From Lama glama (taxonomy: Eukaryota): DNA of 64,000 bases. A model generated the notes under the pieces. The model had not been told where the DNA came from, searched no databases, and was given only the letters and a program-made list of their open reading frames with translations. Positions 39,601-52,925 of this stretch are shown one piece after another. Each line of letters opens with the position of its first letter. Position 1 is the stretch's first letter. The position numbers and the translations under genes are program-made. The stretch lies in NCBI GenBank assembly GCA_028534125.1, contig CM052849.1, positions 15,004,001-15,068,000 on the forward strand, read 5' to 3'.

Positions 39601-40740
39601 TTCTTTCTCTGCTGCGTTCTGGGAGTTTTCTTCTCATCTTTTTCCACTTCATTTGTTATTTTGCAGTGTCAACTCTGATGCCATGTCCGTCCATCAAGTT
39701 TTTTTGTTTTGTTTTGTTTTTTATTGAGGTATGGATGATTTACAGTGTTATGTGTACAGCAGAGTGATTCAGTTATACATATACATACATACTTTTTTTA
39801 GATTATTTTCTATTATAGTGTATTTTAAGAAATTGAATATAGTTCCCTCTGCTATACAGTAGGTCCTTGTTGCTTATCTATCTTATATATAGTAGTGTGT
39901 ATTCATTAGGTTTTTGATTTTGGTGAATGTGCTTTTCATTTCTAGGATTCCATTTAATTTTTTTCTGCAGTGTTCACTTTTAATAGTTTCCTGTCTCCAG
40001 CAGATTTTCAAGTATATCTGCTTTTCTTTAAACAAAGTAAGCATGGGTATTTTATGATTTATATTTAATACTTTTAATATGCGAAGTCTGGATGGATCCG
40101 TAATGTTTATTTCTGTTGGCTCTCACTCATGGTACCTTGTTTACCATGTGCTTGGTTACCTTTTACTGCGTGCTGCTTTGAAAAACAACTGTGTGCTTCT
40201 CCGAGACGAAATGAAGGTGCCTTCCCACAGACAGGATTCACATTTATTTCTGCTCAGTGCTTGGGGAGCGCTGCCAGTTGACTTTACCTTCGTGCCTTGA
40301 GGGCTCACAGCGCCTCTAGTGGTGGTGTGGCTGCAGGTGCTCACGAGCCAGTGTTTGCCCCCCCCCCAACCCCCAGGTGGGCAGCTATCCTGGTTCTTCT
40401 CAGCACCAAGGCAATGCTGCCTGCAGTCCTTTGAATTTGGGGGAAGGAGGGCAGCTTTACTTCTGGTTTGCCTATACCCTGAGGTTTTAGCCCTTTGGGG
40501 TCACAGCTTAGTGTCCTGTGAGATTTCCCACTTTTGGTGGGCCCTGGATTTTGACTTTGCCTTTTGTGCTCTGTGGGCCCTCAAAACCCATGCTTGCTTT
40601 CACAGCTTGGTTTATGTGGATAGGTAGATGCCGCCAGGGGAAAGGTGACCTTGTGTGTTCTGATTCTCTCTTGCTGTCTCGTAGATTTTGGCCTGGAAAT
40701 TCTCTGCTTTCTTCTAGTTATCTGATGCTTCTATGAGGAT
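36660..40740 (-). mobile_element. Mosaic of old, mostly antisense L1 fragments, including a younger L1 3' end at ~39716-39905
   Basis: Multiple T-rich L1 motifs. Internal boundaries not resolved. Confidence 0.55.
38322..38427 (-). mobile_element. tRNA-derived SINE (Vic-1-like)
   Basis: aaacccaggaccttgtgcatgctaagcatgcactctaccactcagctataccttcccc; gaaatct on both flanks. Confidence 0.8.
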
Positions 40741-40755
40741 TTAAAAAAATATTTG

Positions 40756-41690
40756 GAGAGTGGCCAAAATGGCAGAACAAGAAGACTCTGAGCTCACCTC
40801 CCACAGCACACCAAAATCGCAACTATTTACACAGTGCCTATTGATGAGAACAACCTGAAGATTAGCAGAAAAGATCTTCTACAACTAAAGACATAAAGAA
40901 GGAACCCTGAGACAGGTAGGAAGGGCGGAGGCGCAGTATAGTGAAGGCCCATACCCCTGGGTACGCAACCCAGCAACAAGAGGATGATTATAATAGGAAA
41001 GGTTCTCCCCAAGGAGTGAGGGGTCTCACCCCACATCAAGCTCCCTAGCCCAGGGGTCTTGCACTGGGAAGATGAGCCTCCAAAACGTTTGACTTTGAAG
41101 GCCAGTGGGACTTACTTTTGGGAGAGCCAGAGGCCTGTGGAAAATAGAGACTCCACTCTTAAAGGGCACACACAAAATCATGAAACCAGCTTTACAAGTA
41201 GATGAATGGATAAAGGTGTGTCTGTGTGTGTAATGGAGTATTACTCAGCCATCAAAAAGAATGAACTCTTGCCATTAGCAACACATAGATGGACCTGAGG
41301 GTATTATGCTAAGTGAAATAAGTCAGACAAGGAAAGACAAATACTATATGATTTCACTTATATATGGAATCTAAAAAGACAAATGAACAGACATAACTAA
41401 GGAACTGTGTCATAGACATAGTTGCCAGCAGAAAGAGGGATGGGGAGAGGAGATAAATAGATGAGGGGGTTTAAGAGGTACAAAGTTCCAGTTATAAAAA
41501 GGTGAGTTGCAGGTATGAAATGTACAGTGTGGGGAATATAATCAATAATAACATATCTTTGTTTGGTGAGAGATGATAGTTAGACTTAACATGGTGATCA
41601 TTTTGAAATAGTTCAGAATAGTGAATTACTGTGTTGTGTACCAGGAACTAATACCATGTTTTAGGTCAATTGTAATTAAACAAACAAAAT
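40756..41690 (+). mobile_element. Internally deleted L1: 5'UTR joined to the 3' end
   Basis: aaaatggcagaacaagaagactctgagctcacctcc (laurasiatherian L1 5' end) to ~41180, then gatgaatggataaag...tactcagccatcaaaaagaatgaa (3' end) and an A-rich terminus. Confidence 0.75.
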
Positions 41691-42349
41691 GGACATTTAT
41701 TTTATACTTTGGATTATAACCCAATACTTCTTTCTTTTCTTGCTCAAATTGTTCTAACTTTGGCCATTCAAAGCTTCTTCAGTTGGGTCCTGTGTCCCTT
41801 TGACATAACTTCATCTTTGTTCATTGTTTTTGTTTTTGAGCACTTCCTTCATTTCTGGCACTACAGTGTTCTCCAGGCATTCATGCATTCTCTGTCCCAG
41901 TCCTAGAATTAGCTGTTTCTCCAGGGAACTTGATTCCTTTTATTGGAGAATGGCATTAGAAACCTAAAACAGGAGCTAAGTGTGCTCATTGCTACTGAAA
42001 TGTCCTTGCTTCTTGGCTCACTCAGTTGATAGTGCAGTACATGTTTATATACACATAGCTAGAAATATTTCTATCTAGAGTTGTCTATATTGATATTAAT
42101 CTAAATGTGAGTTCATCCTGGTGTCTCCAACTGTAATTCATTACCACATGGATTATCCTAGCCTTCTTCCCTTGCTTATCTGTAACCTCCCACTCCAACA
42201 GTAAGAAAACTGGCTACTGCCATCTGCCATCTGTACCACAGCATTTTCAGTTATTCTCAGCAAGCATCATTACTGGATACTAAACTTCCTCTTGTTTCTT
42301 CAAACAAATGGTAGAGTATTACTTAGTCTCTGCATGTTTCTTTTTTTTT

Positions 42350-42980
42350 CCTTGAAGAGTTGATTTCTAGTCTAATAGCATTGTGAGAAAAGATGCTTGT
42401 GGTGATTTCCATTTTCCTAGATTTACCAACGTTGGTGTTGTGACCTAACATGTGATTTATCCTGGAGGATGTTTCATATGCACTTGTACAGAATGTGTAT
42501 TCTGCTGCTTTTGGATGAAATGTCATACATACATGTGTGTGTGTGTGTGTGTGTATACACGCACACATATTCATCAAGTCCAATTGTTCTAGCCTATAGT
42601 TTAATGACTGTTATCAAAAAGACAACAAATAAGTGTTGGTGAGGATGTGAAGAAAAAGAAATCCTCGTGTTCTGTCAGTGGGAATGTAAACTGGTGCAGC
42701 CATTGTGGGAAACAGTATTCCTCAAGAAATTAAAAATAGAACTACCATATGACCCAGCAACTCCATGCCTGCATATTTATTCAAAGAAAACAAAAACACT
42801 AATTAGAAAGGATTTATGCCCCTCTGTTTGTTGCAGCATTATTTACAATAGCCAAGATATGGAAGCAACCCATGTGCCCATTAATAGATGAATAAAGATG
42901 TGGAACATTACAATGGAAGGAATTTTATTCAGCCATAAAAAATGACATTTTGCCATTTGCAACAATATGGATGGACCTGC
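42350..42980. mobile_element. Antisense L1 ORF2 endonuclease fragment abutting a sense L1 3' fragment
   Basis: Minus ORF TFHPKAAEYTF...SRINHMLGH...IFSHNAIRLEIN; plus strand from ~42605 aaataagtgttggtgaggatgtg. Confidence 0.75.
42534..42554. repeat. (TG)n microsatellite
   Basis: Direct dinucleotide run. Shorter TG runs occur near 8401, 16268 and 21837. Confidence 0.9.
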
Positions 42981-45321
42981 ATGTGAACATTTCACTGGGC
43001 AGACAGCATATATTGGACATCGTTCCTTGCTGATTCATAGGTCCACCTCGCACTTTCTGAAGGCTGCGTAATATTCCACGGTATGAATGGTCTTAGTTTA
43101 TTTAACATTTTTCTTATTGATGGGCATCCAGATTATTTCCAATCTTTTGCTCACATCAGTGCAGTGCAGCAGGATTGTTTGTTTTTATGAAAGTGTGGGA
43201 GGATTTCACCAAAGTTAAGTGCTTGATCAAAGAGTATAGATGTTTAAAAATCTCATAGATAATGTCAAATTCCCTCCCGGAGACTGGGCCAATTTATATT
43301 TTCACCATCAGCATGAGCTGTTTCTTAATGCCAGCTGCAAAGGAGAGATTAGTATCAAACTTTGATCTTTGCTAATCATATGTGAAGAGAACTTGCTGTC
43401 ATATTCATAGCCCATCCATTTTCCTAACTCCAGAGAGGTGTATTATATTTCGAATATTTTACATTTTTATGCAATTTAGCGTTCTTCTGGGATTCTGTGT
43501 CATACTTAGGCTTTTTGTCTTCCATGTTTTCTTCTAGTACTTTATGGTTTACTTAAAAAAAAAAATCTGAGATGTGCAGTCATAATGAACCCTTACATAC
43601 ATGGCACCTAAGCATTACTTTACAGAAGTAAAACTGCCCTCCTTCCCTCTTAAAACTAACCACCATCCCACTCACCACTTCCTATCCCTGTGGCTGGTGT
43701 CTGTGAACTTGTTACTGATGTTTGCTCCTAGTCCAGAGGTGAGGAGCTTGCACTGAATGTAAATCTGTCCTAGAGCTGTTTAGTTTAGGCGACTTTCTAT
43801 GAGCTAGACTTTCTCAAGGAAGCTGGTGCACGTGCCTTTGTGGGCACAGGCAGGCACTGGCCCAAGGGCCAGGCTGAAGACTTTAAAATATGCAAAACAA
43901 GACCATATCAAACTATACACTCTGCACTTGGTTGCACTGTGCAGGGAGACTTCTCTCTGTTGATACTTGCAGTTCATTTATTCATTTTCATTGCTGCAGA
44001 GTGGTGTCAACATTCCTCAAACATACATAGCAATTTTCCTGCTGCTGTTGGTCATCATTTAGGTCGTTTCCAATGTTTTTCTTTCACAAACACCCTGTCA
44101 TGGCCTTCTGGCCATGTATGAGTTCTCTTAAGGTGAGTCTGAGAGTGGCCCTGCTGTATGCTGTAAGTTAGGAGCCAGTTGCTCTGCAATGTAAGGATGG
44201 TCCGTTCTCCACATTCTTGGTATTAGAAGACTCATTTTTCGGTCAGTTGGGCATGAAATGGCGTCTCATGAGATAAATTTGCTAGTGGGGTTGAACACAT
44301 TCTCTTATTTATAGTCATTCAAATTTTGTGTCACTCAAGTCGTGTTTTGGGATGTAGCTTCCTTTTTCGTCTTTTGGGCTATTTGAAAATGACTGGGTGC
44401 AAAGGATACAGCCTCTTTTTTTCCCTCTCAGAACGATCACCAACATGAGTAACCCAACTTGTACCAGCTAAGCTAAAACGCCTTTCTCAAATTATGCATT
44501 TAATGACTGTCGCTTACACCTGAGAGGTTTGGTACCCTTCTTTGCCCCCCTTGCATTTTCTCCCTTCACTTTTGTTAGAATCAGCGTTTGATTAAAACCG
44601 CTGTTGGCATTCTCATGTATCATAAATGTATGACATGTATCATTCACACTAAAATGTCACTTCCCCCTAATTACTGAACTTTCCTAAAAACGAAGTGTCC
44701 TCATTGATCCAGTATGACCGTTGCTCCTTTCTGTTCACTCCTAGGCCTTTTTCCCCTCTTGTCTGACTGCAGTGACTCCCCAGCACAGGGCTGAGTTGTG
44801 GGCGTTGGTGGACGGTGAGTCTAGTTCTGGAATTCAGCTCTTCTGGCTTTTCCCTTATGTCATAAAAATGGGAATTATGGATACTTCAGGTTTTCCTTTT
44901 TTTGAAAGTCAAGAGTGGATGCTAAATTTGATCAAATTCTCCCCCCTCCCATATCTGTAGAGTTGATTTGTCTTTTTGTTAACAATGGGAATGCAGAAAT
45001 TTACAGATAAGTTTTGTGTGTGAACAGTATTACAAGCCCAGTGCTTTGTCTCCAAGCTGCTGACAACTTTTTAATCATGTTAATTATCTCTGAAAAACCC
45101 TAGCTTCCTCATCCTTGAAGGGAGACAGTGGAGCCAGGGCAGGAATACTGTGTCACACAAGCAAGCAGACCTACTACTCTGCTTTCCTGCCCAAAGTCAC
45201 TGGGAATGCGCTGTTCCTTTTATCCATACAAGGGCAAAACCGTGCAGGGTGCAGGGCTGGAAGCCCTCAGTGCACATCACCCGCCCCTCCCAGAGAACAG
45301 TCAACACCACCACACTGTGAA

Positions 45322-46109
45322 CTTATCATAGAATAGATTTATTTACCTGAAACCATGTCTGTGCGATGCTTGTTACCAGCACAGAAATAAACTGATCTCT
45401 ATTTACAGTCTAAAGTCAAACATGCGTTGTGATAAATTGACATTTAGCATTTTATTAATATAAATGCATGACAATTTGTATTGCACCATCATCTGTCTAC
45501 TGCTTCTGATTTCATTAAATAAGTTACATTTAATACAGTGCAAAATAGCTGTTTGCACACTCAAAAAAAATAACTAAGTTATGAACTGAAAGCCTACATT
45601 TTAACCATTCAACACCTGTAGTGTTTTCAATATATTTATAAATAAGCAAACTGTACAGGGCCAATTAAAAAGTAGCATGTTTCAATGACACCACAGAGAA
45701 ATCTGGCTACTTACAACTGAAGGCATGCATTACAATTGAATATTGTACATTTATTTAAGTTATGACATTTTGCAGAGAAATATGGAGACTTGGCTGATGG
45801 CTTCTAAGTTCTTGGATAAGGTTTCACAACCTCATTTTTCTTGCAGCAAAGAAACCAAACTTCTCTGGAGAGGCTTTCTGATTCATTAAGCTAAATTGTA
45901 CATTTGTAATTAGTTTCATTTAAAAGCTAAAAACCCCACTGGTAGTACACGTTTCCTCCACATAACACACAATGAGTTGGGGACTTTTCCCTAATTTTCT
46001 TTTTCCCCCAACATCAATCATGCAGAGGGCTGGTAGATGAGTTGCTAAAAAAACGCACATGCACGCAACCGAACACCCTTTTATTTCTGCAAAATGGTTT
46101 AGGAAGCGG
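45322..46109 (-). other. ATP2A2: SERCA2a (distal) 3'UTR; AATAAA at 45338-45343, also 45451-45456 and 45750-45755
   Basis: AU-rich sequence after the AILE stop. Hexamers appear as tttatt on +. End approximate. Confidence 0.8.
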
Positions 46110-46123
46110 TTACTCCAGTATTG
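46110..46123 (-). CDS. ATP2A2: ATP2A2 SERCA2a-specific terminal exon, coding part (AILE*)
   Basis: ctctctttccttttcag|CA ATA CTG GAG TAA completes G|CA to give NYLEP-AILE*. Confidence 0.95.
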
Positions 46124-48030
46124 CTGAAAAGGAAAGAGAGAGGAAATCAGCTTTATGAAATATAGGGAGGAAATGTTAGAATAACTATAAAAGACTAAGA
46201 TTAATAGTGACAGATGAAAAAGGAATATTCAGTTTGATCTTTTAAGATTTCAAGACCAGCATTTCGGATCAACTGTCCCTGAGGCGCTGCCCGCACAGGG
46301 TAGCATCTAGAAGCACTGGCTCACAGACCCCCCCCCCCCCCGTGTCGTCTTGGCTCCAGAGCAAAGTCACCCCTGGCTCACAGAACAGTCCCACCAGGTA
46401 CACTTCAGGTGTAACAGGAGAAGGAAAGGTCTTGGTTAGCAGTGCGGAGGGTAAGGAGAGTGAGGAGCGTGGTAATCAGCACCAAGCCTCGGGCTCCCGC
46501 CCCTCCCTTCCCTGGGGGCCTGCTCATTATCATTCCCTTTGGAGAAAGAAGGTGGCAGCTGACCCTTGTAAACCAGGTTAACCCGGTAACCTCAGGGTGG
46601 TGGTTTTGACAGAATCTGGTGCCTCCAGGCTGACAAAGCAGGTGTGGCAGACACTGAGCTAATGCTGTGGCCTCACACATTCCTGAGGTCTGCCCACCCA
46701 ATGTCCGGGGGCAGAGGGCCCAGCTGGGTGGTGATGTGGCCACAGCTGCTTGTGAGGGAGCTGGCAGCTGCCCTGGTCTGAGCTCCTGTAGTTGCCCCTG
46801 CCTAACAGGTCACCTGCCTTATGCAGATGCAGAACGAGCTGCCGGTATGGGATCCGTTTAGGGGTCCTGTAAGATCGCCACCTTCTGGGTAAAGGGCAGA
46901 GCTCCATTGTAGAGGTGGGACCAGGCATGTGGTGGCAAAGAACAGAACGCTTTGACAGGACAGATCTTTAGCCCACTTGCTTGTGGGGAAAGGACGTGAA
47001 GCACGTTGCAGGCAAAAGCTGCCCGACGGCACTTGCACGGCCGCCCCACCGTTAATGGCCATGGCAGAGCGGGCCTCCCTGCAGGCATCTGGTGAGGGGC
47101 CGGGCAGCTCCACCCTCCGGAGGACGGAGGCCAAGGCTGTGCCCACAGCAGCACGGTTGCTGATGAGGTGTCAATGCAGACGAGGTTTTCGGTGGCAAAG
47201 ACCGAAGCAGACCAGACGGAGGGACTCTGCTTGCGGCAGCAGTGGTCTTCCCCACTCCCAGCTGTCTGGGCTGAGGCAGGTGGGTGCCCAAAACCGCCCC
47301 TGTGGGCCGGACAGGTCTGAAGCTGAGAAGCCACAAGGCAGCAGCCACCCGGGACCATCTAGGGCCGTGCACGTCTCCTGCAGCAGCCCACACCATTCAG
47401 CTTGTTTTGTAAAGGCCAGTAAATCAAGGAACTGAGTCAGGACAAGTCGACTATTAGGCTAGTTTGGTTCCCACTGAACAGCACCCCACCCAGCAAGCTC
47501 AGCCAGCCTGTTCTGGTTTGCAGCCAAGACGCGCTCCTCGCACTTGACCCACTCAACCTGTCTCTGCACCTTCTTAAAACCAGCAAAACGTACCCGCTCC
47601 ATTCTCTGCCGAGCAAACCAGCCTCCCCTTCTTCTGAGAGCCAGGCCAGGACTCTCTGCATTAAGACTCAGTCTCCATGTGCCACTTCCACCTCCTTACA
47701 CTGGGACCTCAACTTGGCAGCACCTCGTCCTGCTCGATACCTGTTAACCTTTCCCCAAACTCCCAGCATTTACATCATGTCTTCTGACTGGTCCAGAAAC
47801 CAGGTCCCAAGTACCTTCACGAGGAGACCTGCTGCCTACCCTCCTTCACCCTGGCTAACAACCTGATGACTGTGCTGCAACGTACCCTGAGAGAAAAGCT
47901 AAGTCTCAGCCACACGGATATGACCCAGTTGAAGACAGGTGGTCTATTTAAGATGAACCAACGGATGCATGAGTTAACTGGTCTAGTTACTACCTCTCAC
48001 TCGCTTTTGGCTCTAAACTCCTCAGCCCCC

Positions 48031-48102
48031 TTAGTGGAGGCACTGGGGACTGAACTCAGGACCCCGTGCACACATTCTACCACTGAGCTATCCCCCCTTC
48101 CC
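48031..48102 (-). mobile_element. Degraded tRNA-derived SINE head in the ATP2A2 3' region
   Basis: ggggactgaactcaggaccc...ctaccactgagctatcccccctt. Confidence 0.7.
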
Positions 48103-48824
48103 CGCTAGCTTTTGGCTTTTTAGTGAACCAGAATTAGCAAAATTCTGGGACAAACCCTTGCAGCCAACAAAGAGGTTTCTGTAAACCCTCATCTCAGCAC
48201 TTGTGAAGGCACAGCTCCCTCGGTGTGTCAGTCTGACTAAAGCAGTTTTTCTTCCCCCAGGCCCTCCCCTGCCGTCCGGCTGTGCCACTGTTATGGCGGT
48301 GTGCGGGGTCTAGGACAGCACTCTTGGGTCAGCCGGCCCGGCCCACGTCTGCACAGGTACCACGTATCCTGCATGCGCTGCTCTCAGGGCACCCGACACA
48401 AGAGGCTCATTTGTTAGCGTCACACAGCCAGCTCACTTGGTGGCAGTCACCTTTAGGCTAAAGCATCCAAATTTCAGGGAATACTCACGTTAGTTGATGG
48501 ATGTTGGAAGGCATTGGAGGAAAACACCACGGTTAGGACTGTTAATGACTTACACACTGTCCGTAAGACTGATCTCCAACATGCACAAACATGTATCNNN
48601 NNNNNNNNNNNNNNNNNNNNNNNNNNNNNNNNNNNNNNNNNNNNNNNNNNNNNNNNNNNNNNNNNNNNNNNNNNNNNNNNNNNNNNNNNNNNNNNNNNNN
48701 NNNNNNNNNNNNNNNNNNNNNNNNNNNNNNNNNNNNNCTACACCAGGCTAAAACCGGCCAGCAGAGACTTGCATACAATGTATCACAGATGACAAGTGGT
48801 GCCTATGCATTAAAAATAAAATTC

Positions 48825-48901
48825 CTACAACGACCTATATGCAGCAGAACAGGACCCTTCTTCCCCTCGAGCACAGTAAAACTGAAGTTCTGAGCTAAAG
48901 A
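48825..48901 (-). CDS. ATP2A2: Candidate SERCA2c-like cassette, reading VFSSELQFYCARGEEGSCSAAYRSL*
   Basis: Pyrimidine tract cttttctcttaag| then, joined to the exon 20 donor G, VFSSEL. This resembles the human SERCA2c tail VLSSEL as recalled. Use in this species is unproven. Confidence 0.45.
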
Positions 48902-48974
48902 CTTAAGAGAAAAGCTGGACACACCTATTAGTCCAAACTAAGTCACTTAAGATTTAAAAACAAGACAGTTATTT

Positions 48975-49794
48975 TTCTCTGTCCATTTAAAAGGTTTTAT
49001 TTTTCTTTTTAAACTAGATTGTGAAGTGCCACTGAAATAGGCAATATTGGCAAAACAATGTCTGTTACAATAAAATACATTAGACGTTTAAATAAATAAC
49101 CTTAAAAACTACGTGAGGGGACACGAACCCAGTCGATTGAATCTGGAACAATGTTTTCTGCACAAGCGAGAACAGGCATACCTCTTGTTAAGACTGATGT
49201 AAACAGAACCATCGAAACCCTACAGGAGAAGCAGCCGAGCGGGGTGGGGGTGGGGGTGAACGAGGGCTGAGAGGGTGAAGGGGTGGCAAACCAAAAAATA
49301 CTGACTGAGGTAGCAGTACTCTGCTCAGTGCAGAAAAATTGGCTTACGAATAAAAAGACTGTGATCTCAGATTAAATCCAGATGACCATGNNNNNNNNNN
49401 NNNNNNNNNNNNNNNNNNNNNNNNNNNNNNNNNNNNNNNNNNNNNNNNNNNNNNNNNNNNNNNNNNNNNNNNNNNNNNNNNNNNNNNNNNNNNNNNNNNN
49501 NNNNNNNNNNNNNNNNNNNNNNNNNNNNNNNNNNNNNNNNNNNNNNNNNNNNNNNNNNNNNNNNNNNNNNNNNNNNNNNNNNNNNNNNNNNNNNNNNNNN
49601 NNNNNNNNNNNNNNNAAAAAAAGGAAACTCTTGCCCCACTGGAGTCAGAAAAAGCGAAACAAAATCTAGAATATGAAACCTCCTTCACCAGCCAATATGT
49701 TCATGTGAAAATTCAGCAGAAATAAGACAGTTGCTTTAAACAATAAAAAAATTAATTGATTAAGTTAAACATCTTCTTTATGTAAAACTGTCAG
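48975..49794 (-). other. ATP2A2: SERCA2b proximal 3'UTR; AATAAA at 48996-49001
   Basis: Follows the SERCA2b stop. The hexamer has U/GU-rich sequence downstream. Partly N-masked (49391-49615). Confidence 0.75.
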
Positions 49795-50402
<608 letters not shown>

Positions 50403-50835
50403 CTACAGTGACTAAGTTACAGAAGAAAGTTCAGATGTAGGACAGATTCCAATTTTAAATCCAGGCTTCAGCACAGAGATCCCATTTCAGTGGGTTCAAA
50501 GCTGCTCAATTCCCCTTGTCACTTTGGCTATTTTGAAATTTCCATTTTTATCACTGGCTTAATTGGATTATCGATACAGTTTGTCTCAATGCTGAAGGGC
50601 AGAGCGCCTTCCTCGTGGGCACTGGCACTCCGGTGCTCAAGTCCCTATTTTTGGCCTCCGCTGTCTCTTAAGGACCACGTGGCTGAGCACTCCCACTACT
50701 TCCTGGACGTGACGAGGACTTAAGCTCTTAAAACCGGTGCTGCCTGTTCTTTCTTTTGGGAAGGGCAGAGCTTTCCTTTCTCAGTCAACCGCGACACACA
50801 CACAATCCCCCAGCGCCCTGGCCGTCCGGTTCTCA

Positions 50836-51093
<258 letters not shown>

Positions 51094-51212
51094 TCACCCC
51101 ATCTCCCAGAGAAGCTCTGGTTCTTCAGAATGACTAACTGCTTATTCAAGCCTCATGACTGACAGACATTCAACCCTCAGAAAGCTCAAGGACAACTTTT
51201 TGTGAAGGCTTA

Positions 51213-51353
<141 letters not shown>

Positions 51354-52598
51354 TCACAATGCTGACACACGTGGGGTTACAGCCTGCAGCATCCCTGCAG
51401 GGGATGCCTCGTGGGCCAACACCTAGGACAGAGATCAATGGTAATGAGCAGGTATTAGACCAAAGCAGCCAGACTGAGGGTTCCTTCAATGAAAACGGTG
51501 TCTGTGGTACAGAAGAACCAGGTACTTTTCACCTAGAAATGGTAGGACCTTCACACTAGCCCCGCCCTTCTCTACCAGCAGACAATATGTAAAGGCTGCA
51601 GGCAGTGTCATCCACTTAAGGCCCTGCTGGGTTGGACCAGATCACACCATCCATGACCTTTAGGCAAACTCATGGTACCACCTGTACACTTATTTGCTCC
51701 ATCAAAAGTCTGGCAGAACCTTTATATGGAAAGGCCATTAGAGAAATTAGTGCCAAACGCTGAGCACATGGCAGTGGCTGGAGCCAGTTCTGCAACCATC
51801 CCCACCAGTCACTGCTGAATACAGCAAACAGCAAGTTTATTACAAAGAAGCACCAAAGGGTAGTGGAGAACACAAGGCGAGTAAGAGACTGTCCCAATGT
51901 TGCAGTATCCACCACAAGGTCCAAGTGCAACGCCCTCTAACGCAGCAATTACAACGGAGCGGCAGAGAGATGACACAGGAACGAGGCGGCGACGCCTGTA
52001 CTGACGTGAAATCAGCCACCAAATAGGGAGAGAGACAGAAAGGTTCAGCATACAGGTCTGTACGGCAGGCCATCGCTTGTGAAAAGACTACCCAAAATAC
52101 ATCTACTTGCTAGAGTGTCCCTGGAAGGGCATGTGAAAACTTAACGCAGGAGGGGGACTGGCCGAGAGCCTTCCTGCTTTCTCCCTGCGACCCTCGGGAA
52201 GTCATTTAACCTCTGTAACCTATGGAACAGGGAAGAGGGAAGCAGCACCCTGGGTCAGGAGGATGAGGTCTACAGACACACGCAGAACACGACCTGTGGC
52301 CAGGGCGCTGTGCGTTCAGACCACTGCTGATGAATGCAGTGATCCCTTCTCTCACTTCAGGAAAGTGGCGACTTAGTTTTTTACCTTGGTGAAATAAGGC
52401 CTGAGTTGTCCCTGTATTTCCTTTGCCCACAGGTTAAATCTGAAAACCTCATTCACAGAGGCCTAAGGAAGGATGAGGATGCTAAAACAAGAGACTGGCT
52501 TTACTGTAAACTGGGTATACACAGCTCGTTAAGCTGTAAGAGAGCAGCCTCCATGTTTTACTACCCTAATACGGAGATAGAAGGAAAATGTGCTTTTA

Positions 52599-52925
<327 letters not shown>

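Noticed and set aside
40305-40325. CTCF-like CCACTAGAGGCGCTG on -
   Set aside because: One base short in the core and embedded in old repeat-derived sequence.
46342-47661. Cluster of overlapping 60-166 aa ORFs between the SERCA2b and SERCA2a ends
   Set aside because: GC-rich intron/UTR sequence with ORFs in many frames and no recognisable protein similarity.
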